From a virus (lineage: Duplodnaviria; Caudoviricetes): a DNA stretch of 64,000 nucleotides. The stretch's first letter is position 1. Each line of letters opens with the position of its first letter. Positions 48,968 to 58,900 of the stretch are shown here, in pieces. Where the stretch lies: positions 1 through 64,000 of the IMG/VR virus record IMGVR_UViG_3300032038_007781, one strand, 5' to 3'. The position numbers were made by a program, and so were the translations under genes. Below the pieces are notes generated by a model that did not search any database, was not told where the DNA came from, and was given only the letters and a program-made list of their open reading frames with translations.

Positions 48968-50005
48968 TTATCCAATAACAAACTTATCCATAAAGTTCAG
49001 TAATGCAACATTTTGTGGGATTACCTGAACACTATCCATCTGCTGCGCCTTCTGTGTGTCAGTAGCTGCATTGTAAAAATCCCAAGCTGTAATGAACCCC
49101 TGTTTGTTAGGGTCAGCATAAGAATTCTGTTTTGCCTTGATAAGGCAAGTTTCGATAAATGTATTCAACTGAGAGTTGTTAAGTGGATATGTTTCCTTAA
49201 CGTGAATACTCTGAACTGTTGTGTCACACTGAACACGATATGCTGCAAGTACGCCAAATAATCCATACATTACATTAGCAGGGATGACAGTACTCTTCAT
49301 CTTCTTGATTCGCTCGCTTCCATTGTGTGCGATTGAATCCATATGGTCTAACCAATCAGCAATCTTCTGAAGAATACTTTCATAATTCATCTTAACACGT
49401 GAATAGCGACCTTTGTTAGGTGTAGTACCATCATTGAAGGTAGAAATAGTCTGTTCAGCACCAAGGATTGTCATGTTATGACAAGCATATACGTGCTGTC
49501 CTACAGCTGCTTGTATACCACGCTGTGAATAAGACAATGTAAGTGCGTTAGTATATTCAGAACTTTCATCGAAATCCTTAATCACAATATTGCAGAACAC
49601 ACGTCTTACAATTGTTGCGTGAATGTTTCTTTGCTGAAGTAATTCTGGTTCGTCAATACGCTTTGCAATATCATCAACGATTGATACGCCAGGCCACTGT
49701 GAAGAACCTTGCTTACAAGCAAAAAGGTCACGAATTTCAGCGTTGAATCCACGTTCATTACACATATCAAGAACTTTTTGAATGAACTGATAATGAAGAA
49801 TGCCATTGTTAGGAGCACCATTTCCACCAAGTTCACGTGAAGTCTGACGAAGTTGGTCAAGAGTTAAGTCTTGAACCTTTTTTTCAGACCAATCCTCGAA
49901 GTGGTCAAAGTCGATAACTGATGGTGTAGTTTCTACATTGTTTTCTACTACTACGTTGTCTACTGCTGTTGGCATCTGAAATGCACTGAAATCTAAATTC
50001 TGCAT
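48968..50005 (-). CDS. DUF932-like protein, probably strongly expressed early
   Basis: SYSQRGIQAAVG.HVYACHNM and TAWDFYNAAT motifs; tandem promoters upstream. Confidence 0.6.
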   Translation of the reverse strand: MQNLDFSAFQMPTAVDNVVVENNVETTPSVIDFDHFEDWSEKKVQDLTLDQLRQTSRELGGNGAPNNGILHYQFIQKVLDMCNERGFNAEIRDLFACKQGSSQWPGVSIVDDIAKRIDEPELLQQRNIHATIVRRVFCNIVIKDFDESSEYTNALTLSYSQRGIQAAVGQHVYACHNMTILGAEQTISTFNDGTTPNKGRYSRVKMNYESILQKIADWLDHMDSIAHNGSERIKKMKSTVIPANVMYGLFGVLAAYRVQCDTTVQSIHVKETYPLNNSQLNTFIETCLIKAKQNSYADPNKQGFITAWDFYNAATDTQKAQQMDSVQVIPQNVALLNFMDKFVIG

Positions 50006-50052
50006 ACTCTTCTAAAATTTGAAGTTATTAATTATTGTTTTGATTAACGACT

Positions 50053-50323
50053 GCAATATATTATTTTGCTTTCATAATTGCAAATCTTTTTTGTTAAAAG
50101 ATATTAAACATTTCGTTAATTAAATAACGTTGTTGCTTTCTTGTTAACAATGGCAATATATTCTTTTATTTCTATTTTTCCAAATAGTTTTAGTTAATGT
50201 TTGTTAAACCTATTTTTTAATTCTAAGAATAACATTTTTATATTTTTTTATTTACCTTATTATTAATTAAATTGAACATTTCATAATTTAAAACAGTTGT
50301 TTGATTTATATGTTGCAAATATA
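50053..50323 (-). promoter_or_regulatory. Tandem Bacteroidota-like promoters
   Basis: TTTG-N20-TATATTGC at 50084-50053 and again at 50184-50153; a third TATATTTG at 50323-50316. Confidence 0.6.
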
Positions 50324-50532
50324 ACGCTGTTTTTCTTAATAACTCTATCAAAGTTCTAAAAAAATGTTAAATAGACAAAATATTTCTACTTTCTTGACAA
50401 ATTCGTATGTTTTTATATCATTTAAATAAGAAATGGACAATATTTATAATTGAAAAAAAAAGGTTAAATTATAATAGTATTATAGTTTTCATACCATTTA
50501 TTTTTTTACTAACAATTTTAATTAAAAATTTT

Positions 50533-51345
50533 ATGGGAAAAAGAAAGCGTTTAGCAAACATTTCAGAAGAAGATTTGGACTTCATCAATGCAAAAATGAA
50601 AGCGCCTGAATTAAGCGATAATTATGAATATGTTGATGGATATAAGAATCAGCTAAAACTTTTAAGTTATAAATTAAACATTAAATGCAAAAATGAAAAG
50701 CAAAAAGAATTTCTAAAATCACTTAAAGATAAAAATAAAGAAATATGCTTTGGGACAGGTTCTGCTGGTACGGGTAAATCATTTATGTCGTTATCTTATG
50801 GGCTTAAGGCAATAAAGGATGGTGAATTTGATAAAATTATAATGGTAGTACCTACAGCACAAGCATCTGGAAAAGACATGGGGTTTGGTTTCCTAAAAGG
50901 TGAACTTGAAGATAAAACAAGACCATTTAAGGATGTGGATAGATATACTATTGAAAAAATCCTTAAAATGAGTGAAAATAATGAAGCAAAATTAATTTCA
51001 AGCCAACTGATTAATAGTGGGGTTATTCAATATGAATTTATTAACTTTATGTTAGGTAAAACATTTGATAATGCACTTATCCTTGTCAATGAAGCAGAAC
51101 AATATACCAAGGAAGACATGAAACTTATCCTTACTCGCATTGGTGAAAAAAGTAAACTTGTCATTACAGGTGATTGTGAACAAGTAAATAGGCAGTCAAT
51201 TGTAAAAGGAAAAGATGAATGTGGGTTATCATATGTGGCTGATAAATTGGATGGTATGGAAGAAGTTGCAGTTACAACATTTTCAAGGGAAGACATTGTT
51301 AGAAACAAATTAATTACTAAGATTCTTGACAGATTAGATTCTTAA
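50533..51345 (+). CDS. phoH: PhoH-family ATPase
   Basis: GSAGTGKS, GFLKG, GKTF, NEAEQ, LTRIG, TGD..Q, DIVRN; likely start MGKRKR. Confidence 0.93.
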   Translation: MGKRKRLANISEEDLDFINAKMKAPELSDNYEYVDGYKNQLKLLSYKLNIKCKNEKQKEFLKSLKDKNKEICFGTGSAGTGKSFMSLSYGLKAIKDGEFDKIIMVVPTAQASGKDMGFGFLKGELEDKTRPFKDVDRYTIEKILKMSENNEAKLISSQLINSGVIQYEFINFMLGKTFDNALILVNEAEQYTKEDMKLILTRIGEKSKLVITGDCEQVNRQSIVKGKDECGLSYVADKLDGMEEVAVTTFSREDIVRNKLITKILDRLDS

Positions 51346-51356
51346 TACTATTATAA

Positions 51357-51394
51357 AATAAAAGGTAGATAAGTTAACTTATCTACCTTTTATT
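51357..51394. terminator. Perfect 38 bp palindrome, bidirectional terminator
   Basis: AATAAAAGGTAGATAAGTT|AACTTATCTACCTTTTATT between convergent genes. Confidence 0.8.
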
Positions 51395-51426
51395 ATTTTC
51401 ACTATTATATAATTATTGACTACAGT

Positions 51427-51855
51427 TTATTCACCAATCCACCAATCTGTTACATCTTCCATAGACTCACCCATACCTTCAATGCAGTCTCGAAGACTTT
51501 CTCCATTGTTTGGGTATACATTCGATGCATATGGCGCTCCTGTGAAATGTACGCTAATTGGGGCATCAGGAAGTGGGTCATCAATGGTATATGTTTCTCC
51601 TTGATATGATGCTGTTGGGAATTCATTATTTCTTAATTGATGAACTCGTTCCATTCTATCCAAATCTTGGTATTTATCCCATAAATCGTCACTTTCGTCA
51701 CCACCGTATTTTGAGTTTCTCCATTTGTGAGTTATTTCATCAGCATAATCTTCTAACGGTCTGTTTCTCCTTGCTTCTTTTATTACTCTTTTTACCGATT
51801 TCTCCACAATCCTGTGAAGGTCTCCTTCTGTTAATCTTATAAGTTTTTTAGTCAT
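51427..51855 (-). CDS. Leader-bearing putative capsid-packaged protein
   Basis: MTKKLIRLTEGDLHRIVEKSVKRVIKE; TATTTAT at 51876-51882. Confidence 0.75.
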   Translation of the reverse strand: MTKKLIRLTEGDLHRIVEKSVKRVIKEARRNRPLEDYADEITHKWRNSKYGGDESDDLWDKYQDLDRMERVHQLRNNEFPTASYQGETYTIDDPLPDAPISVHFTGAPYASNVYPNNGESLRDCIEGMGESMEDVTDWWIGE

Positions 51856-51897
51856 ATTCTATATTTAATTTTTTAATAAATATCAGCAAGATTTGTT

Positions 51898-54762
51898 TTA
51901 TTTAGTATTCGACTTGCTTTCCAACTCAGTAATTTTTTGGCTCAAGTTTGTTATTTGCTCAAGTATCTTTGTAAGAACTGTAGACAATGAATCACCATTT
52001 GCAAAAGGTGCATCACCATTCATATTTGTTGGGTTTGTAAAACCTCTCACAAACAAATTATCAGTTCCCAAATCCGTTGTATTAACTTTAGCGTTCCAAG
52101 CAGTTCTTTCGCTAGCAGTGATATGAATATCATTATTACTTGTATGAGAACTTACTGAACCTGAAATTGAATTATAAGCTGCTGCCGTTGTATATTCGTT
52201 ATCAGTAATAACCTTTGCAATTGTCTTTGCATCAAATGTGGTACCAGAAGCATTAGAATCAGCATCCCAAACTGTTAACAAATCAGTTTTAGCTAACTTA
52301 CTTGCATCCCCTTCTCCACCACCTTCGCTAAGGTCATTTAATTTAGCTACAACAGCTTCAAATGCATCAGCTAAGGTATCAGTACTCTTAACAATTCTAT
52401 TCCCGTCTTCTGTCAATTTCTGAAGGGCATAAATATCACCGTTTTGCCTAATTTCGAAAGCATTCTTTCTAACATGATTAGGCAAATTATAATTTCCAAT
52501 ACCTACTGTAAATATAGTATTTCCACTATCCCCAAAAGTATCACTTGCATGACTAGATGAGTTAAAAATACCAATAGCAGTTTCATTATCATTTAATGCT
52601 TCAGTGTAAGAGCCTGAAGCGTGTGAATAATTACCTTTTGCATTAGTTTGAAGTCCTTCAGCATGAGAAGATTGCCCACTTGCAGTTGTACTTTTACCTT
52701 CAGCATGAGAATTATTACCACTTGCTAATGTTCCAGCACCTTCTGCGTGAGAATATTGACCACTTGCGGTTGTATATGAAGGAGCTAAACCACCTGTACC
52801 ATCTACATATCCACCTTCAGCATGAGAGCCTTGGCCACTAGCAACTGTTTGTTCACCTTCTGCATGTGAATATAAATTACTAGCTAATGTACTTAGACCT
52901 TCAGAATGAGTTGCAGCACTTGTTGCACTAGTTCCAATGCCTTCAGCATGGGAATTGTTACCACTTGCTAATGTGCTTTGACCTTCTGCATGAGAAGTAT
53001 CACCAATAGCCTTTGTCATATTGCCTTCAGCATGGGAATTGTTACCACTTGCTAATGTACTTTGACCTTCTGCATGAGATGCATTACTTGTTGCACTAGT
53101 TGCAATACCTTCAGAATGTGAACCTTGACCCCCAGCGACTGTGCTTTGGCCTTCAGCGTGAGAAGTAATACCACTTGCAGTTGTTTGATTACCTTCAGCA
53201 TGGGAATTATCATAACTTGCAGTTGTACTTGAACCTTCTGCATGAGAATATTTACCGCTAGCTGTTGTCCTTGAACCTTCTGCATGAGAATATTGACCAC
53301 TTGCAGTTGTATATGAGCCTTCAGCGTGGGAAGATTGACCTCCAGCAACTGTTTGTTCACCTTCTGAGTGAGAGCCATTAGTACCGCTAGCTGTTGTGCT
53401 ATAACCTTCAGCATGGGAATTGTTACCACTTGCTAATGTGCTTTGACCTTCTGCATGGGAATTGTTACCACTTGCTAATGTGCTTTGACCTTCTGCATGT
53501 GATGCATTACTTGTTGCACTAGTGCTTTGACCTTCAGAATGCGAATAGTAGTCACTAGCTGTTGTTTGATAACCTTCTGCATGCGATGCATGCCTTGTTG
53601 CACTAGTTCCGATGCCTTCAGAATGAGAAGATTGACCAATGGAAACTGTTCCAGCACCTTCTGCATGAGAATATTGACCACTTGCAGTTGTACCTGAGCC
53701 TTCAGCGTGGGAAGATTGGCCACCAGCAACTGTACGTTGACCTTCAGAATGAGAAGATTGACCGCTAGCTGTTGTGCTATAACCTTCAGCATGTGAATAA
53801 TCACCACTAGCAATGGCTTCATCACCTTCTGCGTGAGAACCATAATTACCACTTGCTATTGTATTATAGCCTTCTGAATGAGACGCATCACTTGTTGCGC
53901 TAGTATGATAGCCTTCAACATGTGAATATTGACCACTTGCTATTGTATTATAGCCTTCTGCGTGTGAAGAATCACTTGTTGCACTAGAAGAATTACCTTC
54001 AGCGTGAGAACCATAATAACCACTTGCTATTGTATTATAACCTTCTGAATGGGAGTCGCTTCCTGAAGCTTCTGTATTGTTTCCTTCAGCGTGAGAAGCA
54101 TCACCAATAGCCTTTGCCATATTACCTTCAGCATGAGAATTATTACCGCTTGCAACGGTTCTTTCACCTTCAACATGAGAGCATGCCCCTGAAGCTTCTG
54201 TATAGCTTCCTTCAGCATGAGAATATACCCCTAATGCCATTGCGCTGGTACCTTCGGCATGAGAGCAAATTCCTGATGCAGTTGTATAACTCCCTTCCGC
54301 ATGAGAATATTTACCGCTTGCTAATGTACTATAGCCTTCGGCATGAGATGCGTCACTTGTTGCACTAGTGGTTTGTCCTTCAGCATGAGAAGAAATACCA
54401 CTAGCAGTTGTAGTATCGCCTTCAGCGAAAGATAAACTACCAGAAGCAACTGAGCCACTTCCCTTTACTGCAAGACTTTTTAATCCTTCGTTATATACAA
54501 AAGGCGATGCTGTGCCAACATATTCAGCCATTTTACCAGTTGTTGGAAAAGTAACGACATCATTACTATCATTTCTTAATGAAATGGTTTCATAGCCATG
54601 AGCATAGTTAATGGCAAGTTCACCGTATTCAATCTGTGGGTTATCAAGTACTTTACCTTCACTGTCTTTAACGGATGGCAATTTAGGTGTATAATGCTTA
54701 TTTTCACCAGTACCATGTTCAATTAACTGGTTACTCTTAATATGTTTAATTTTTAAAGCCAT
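51898..54762 (-). CDS. Tail fibre / receptor-binding protein with YadA-head-like repeats
   Basis: N-terminal YGELAINY; about 40 14-aa SHAEGxxTxASG repeats; neck-like VGIG...RKNAFEI. Confidence 0.85.
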   Translation of the reverse strand: MALKIKHIKSNQLIEHGTGENKHYTPKLPSVKDSEGKVLDNPQIEYGELAINYAHGYETISLRNDSNDVVTFPTTGKMAEYVGTASPFVYNEGLKSLAVKGSGSVASGSLSFAEGDTTTASGISSHAEGQTTSATSDASHAEGYSTLASGKYSHAEGSYTTASGICSHAEGTSAMALGVYSHAEGSYTEASGACSHVEGERTVASGNNSHAEGNMAKAIGDASHAEGNNTEASGSDSHSEGYNTIASGYYGSHAEGNSSSATSDSSHAEGYNTIASGQYSHVEGYHTSATSDASHSEGYNTIASGNYGSHAEGDEAIASGDYSHAEGYSTTASGQSSHSEGQRTVAGGQSSHAEGSGTTASGQYSHAEGAGTVSIGQSSHSEGIGTSATRHASHAEGYQTTASDYYSHSEGQSTSATSNASHAEGQSTLASGNNSHAEGQSTLASGNNSHAEGYSTTASGTNGSHSEGEQTVAGGQSSHAEGSYTTASGQYSHAEGSRTTASGKYSHAEGSSTTASYDNSHAEGNQTTASGITSHAEGQSTVAGGQGSHSEGIATSATSNASHAEGQSTLASGNNSHAEGNMTKAIGDTSHAEGQSTLASGNNSHAEGIGTSATSAATHSEGLSTLASNLYSHAEGEQTVASGQGSHAEGGYVDGTGGLAPSYTTASGQYSHAEGAGTLASGNNSHAEGKSTTASGQSSHAEGLQTNAKGNYSHASGSYTEALNDNETAIGIFNSSSHASDTFGDSGNTIFTVGIGNYNLPNHVRKNAFEIRQNGDIYALQKLTEDGNRIVKSTDTLADAFEAVVAKLNDLSEGGGEGDASKLAKTDLLTVWDADSNASGTTFDAKTIAKVITDNEYTTAAAYNSISGSVSSHTSNNDIHITASERTAWNAKVNTTDLGTDNLFVRGFTNPTNMNGDAPFANGDSLSTVLTKILEQITNLSQKITELESKSNTK
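52620..54450 (-). repeat. 42 bp-period degenerate coding tandem repeat
   Basis: Recurrent CCTTC(A/T)GCATG(A/G)GA on the + strand roughly every 42 nt. Confidence 0.9.
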
Positions 54763-54834
54763 AAATATAAATATTTGTTATTAATTTTATTTACTTGTGT
54801 TCTTACTAATATAAATATTTTAGAAAATATAAAA

Positions 54835-54863
54835 AATGGATGATAAAATTATTATCATCCATT
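54835..54863 (-). terminator. Hairpin terminator
   Basis: AATGGATGATAA-loop-TTATCATCCATT. Confidence 0.65.
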
Positions 54864-54892
54864 AATTATTATTTCATACTAAGCATTAACTA

Positions 54893-55546
54893 TTAGTATG
54901 TCCCACCATCAATTTCAGAAATCTTAATGCCCTTTGCGCTATCAATTGCAAGGCCAGTTTGTGTGTCAACTTTGATAGTCAAAGTTGTACCACTTGACTG
55001 CGCAACAATATCAAGAGCATCATTAGCAGATGTCAATGTATTCTTCGTATTAACAGAAGTAATTGCGTCATAGTTTGCCTTAACCTGAGTATCAAGAGCT
55101 TTGATGTCAGACGTGATTGTGTTAGTAGAACCTTTACCAATATACTCACCAGTGTTAGTATAAGTTCTACTTTCACCATCAGCAGCCTTAGACAAACCTA
55201 CAACTGTATCAATTGATGTTTCAGCAGATTGGGCACGTGTAATTTCAGCAGAAAGCTCACCACCATCAACAGTTGAATTTTGATTAATAGATGCTACCTG
55301 TTTGCCACCTTGATAGAATATGATTAAATTACCGTTTTGTTCTACAGTAATGTTCTTATTTTCAATTTCTACATCTTGTTCTTTATTAGTTTTGTCAAGA
55401 TTGGCTATTTCAGCATCTTGCCTGATGTTGACTTTATCTTGTTCATCATTTTTACCCTTAATGGTAGACAAGTCATTAGAAAGCCCATCAAACTTAGTTT
55501 GTTCTTCATAACCATAAGGGTCTGGATATTTAATTCTTATGTCCAT
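54893..55546 (-). CDS. Fibre-associated virion protein
   Basis: Coiled coil EITRAQSAE..., IKALDTQVK; C-terminal IDGGTY. Confidence 0.65.
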   Translation of the reverse strand: MDIRIKYPDPYGYEEQTKFDGLSNDLSTIKGKNDEQDKVNIRQDAEIANLDKTNKEQDVEIENKNITVEQNGNLIIFYQGGKQVASINQNSTVDGGELSAEITRAQSAETSIDTVVGLSKAADGESRTYTNTGEYIGKGSTNTITSDIKALDTQVKANYDAITSVNTKNTLTSANDALDIVAQSSGTTLTIKVDTQTGLAIDSAKGIKISEIDGGTY

Positions 55547-55936
55547 TTTTAATTATTTTCTAATTTTGTTATTCTTTTTTTTTTTCAAGTTATTTGTTTT
55601 AGATTGCATTTGAAACCTTTTATTACAGTATGTTTTTTATTCATCAGTAGTAATATGAATGCTATCATTTCTATTGTGGAATAATTAACATTAAAATCCA
55701 ATGCAACATCTATTTTTATATAAATATTATATTAACTGCTTTAATTACTTTACTATAAATAATATCTTAATATAAAATTACAATAAGCCTCTCTTTTTTT
55801 TTAACTTGAGCAATTCACTACATATGTTGGTAGTTATATATCATATTCAAAATTTGGGCTTAGAATACTTTAAGTCATTTATTTTTAATATAAGCCATAG
55901 CACTGTTAATAATTATCCATTATATGATGATATAAA

Positions 55937-55968
55937 AAAAAAAAGGACTTGCTTAAGTCCTTTTTTTT
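55937..55968 (-). terminator. Intrinsic terminator
   Basis: A-run GGACTT-GCTT-AAGTCC T-run. Confidence 0.75.
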
Positions 55969-55972
55969 GAAA

Positions 55973-58900
55973 TTATTTGAGTTCATTAGTAATGCTACTA
56001 TAGTTAGTAATTTGGGTTGAGCTAATATTACGGTAAGCACCTGTATAATACGTCATATTTCTAAATGCCTTATTCCAGAATTCTGGAACTGTACCAGATG
56101 TATTACCTGCATAATACATGAAGTATCTAACATCTCTTATGGCAGGGTTCTTTTCTGGTGTGAACAAGTTACTACTCATTATATAAGGCGCACGATAAGA
56201 CCAATTTTCATGTCTATAGAACATATAACTTACATTCTGAATATCACTGCATTTTGCAAATAAATTAGATGGTACTTGTGCATTTTTAGTGTCAGCAAAC
56301 TTACAATCAGAGAAAAGATATGACAATTCTCTAAGTTTAGTATTTGTTGCAAAGAATGTATCAGGTATTTGTTCATAAGGATAAATGTAGCAGCCTTCAA
56401 ACATATGAGATACATCAGTCAATGAACTCATGCCATTTAGCAAGTTAGGCGGGAACATATTACCCAAAACAGAATTTTTTTGCGCCCAGTTATAAGGGGT
56501 TAAACCCTTAACACCTAAGAACATGTTAGCTAAACTTGTCGTGTTTCTAACATTGTCGAAGAAGAATGGAGGTATTGAACCATAGAAGCCCTTCTTAAGA
56601 GTATTAGGCCATCCCAAACCATTATCACTATCAATATTTGCACCACCTGAACCTTGGAATGCACTATGAATTGATGCATTATTTGTACAATATCTGAATA
56701 AGTCGCCAGCAACTAAATAATTACGCACTTTTTGCCTATCGTTCTGTTCAGAGAACAAATCATCAATAGGTAATAATGTTGTTTCACTGGTAGGTGACGT
56801 GTTCAAAATATCATTAGGCAAATCTTCACTAATGCCAATATCATCATTAGTACCTATTTTTTTATATATTTCTGAACCTACAATAGCATTATACAATGTA
56901 GCAGTGCCATCGTTAACCCATTTATTCCAAATCTTACGATATTTGTTATAAGCAGAATTTTCTTTAACACGCCTTGGGTCATAGTTAGGATTCAAAGTAG
57001 TAGTCCCATCAATTGAATTGTGGATGTAAAGCACTGGGTTAAATGAATCATTAGGTACTACAAAGATTGGATTATAATCAGGATTATCCTCAATTACATT
57101 GCTGCAGCCGCCTGATGAGTAGTTTTCTATAGTTAAATCATCAGCATTAAGATTCAATGCGTAAGCATGTAAATTTTCAGTTGTAATGTCCTTAAATATT
57201 GAATTCATACTAGTGATATTTTTTATGTATGTCTTGTAAGAACCATTGAATGTATAAATGTCACTATCACTAGACTTAACAGGATTTTTAACATCTTTAG
57301 TACTGCCTGTGTGAAGCTCACCCTTGCTATCTGTCCAAGTTGTGGTTTCATTATCACCAATAGTTGATGGACACAACTCACCATAATCATCCATGTAATA
57401 AATTGTACCACCTGAGCTAAATGGCTCAGACTTACCTTTTATAATCTTGTTATCCTTATCAAATTCGACAATTACTTTATTTGTTGATGCATTAATTACT
57501 AAGTTTTGAACCCCATATTTAGCATTCTCAATACCTTTTTTAATTGCATCATCATAAGTAAGTCCCTTCATAGTTGGATAAGAGTTAGTAACTTCTCTAT
57601 AGAATAACCCATAAGGAACTTGGCCTTTTAATTCTGTATATTCAAATAAGCTTGCAACATTCTTTAACTTTGTAGCATTGGTAAATCCAAAACCTTTCAA
57701 AGTGAAAGGAATTTGTAAGTGATAGAATCCATACGCAAAGTTTGATAAGCTAATTGAATCAGCAAACATACTAACCATTTCACCGTTTTCAGTGTAGTAA
57801 GGAAGAGTCAATTCTATATTTTGAGCACCAGTAGGACGTTTCATATTAGAAAAGAAGCCAGGTGCTTCTATTAAGTTTGTACATTTACGTAAAACCTTAG
57901 AAGGGAATATAGTTGCATTATCAACATCAACAGTGTCAACATATTTATTGAATTTGCCAGAGAAAATAGGCGCACTTGATGAAGTACCATCTTTAGATGA
58001 AGTACCAAGATATTTAATAGAATTACTAATCTTTGCTAAGAAACTGTCTCCAATATAAACGCTAGCAATATTTCTTTCATCTTCAGGTACAGTAGTGTCT
58101 CCACTAATAGTGCTAACACTAAATGAGCTTGTCACCGCAGTAATCTTAGATGAAAAGTGTCCTGGCATGCTTCTAGTAGAGCTATAACCACCGAAAATAT
58201 TACGTATGTAACCACAAGCGGTCAAATTTGTGAACGAAGCGTTAATGTTCGTTAAATTAGGAGTGTTATAGAATATATCAGTTGAATAAATCCTAGTATT
58301 ATTAATAACTAAATTAGTATCTACATGTGAGAAGTAGATTCTTGAATTATTAAATGAGTGGTCAATATTATTCAAGTATGGCATATATTTAAATAACTTG
58401 CCTGCATTTGCCCAGCCAATATTTCCTATTTCTGTTGAATTACTATTCTTAACGAAAATAGGGTTAAAGTAAATGATACTATTTATTGATAAGTTTTTGC
58501 CATCCTTAGTTGAATGGAATAAGTTATCATCTGCATAAACAGTGCAACCATCAAATGCTGAATTGAACCATGTTAAATTAGGCATATATTGAAACATACC
58601 ATTATTAGTAACATTTCCATTACTATCCAATATAGGTGAAGGTATACGTGTTCTTAAACCACAATAATAGAATAAGCCACTAATATTAGTTACTTTACCG
58701 CAATGACTAAATGCTTCAGCTTTTAATGAATTACTTTCAGTATCTGTTTTTATAGTTTTAACATTATAGAACATATTTGTGATGTCAGTAACGTCAATTT
58801 TATTACCATTACCCTCTGAATCACACTTTTGCAAGATATAATACACATCGTGAAGGTTACATTGAGTATTAGCAAACATACTATTAAGTGATGTAACCCC

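Noticed and set aside
52620-54450. CRISPR array
   Set aside because: Repeats are degenerate, in frame at 42 bp period and protein-coding, with no unique spacers.
55547-55972. ncRNA or tRNA in the AT-rich spacer
   Set aside because: No cloverleaf or convincing structure beyond the terminator; no tRNA was recognised anywhere in the window.
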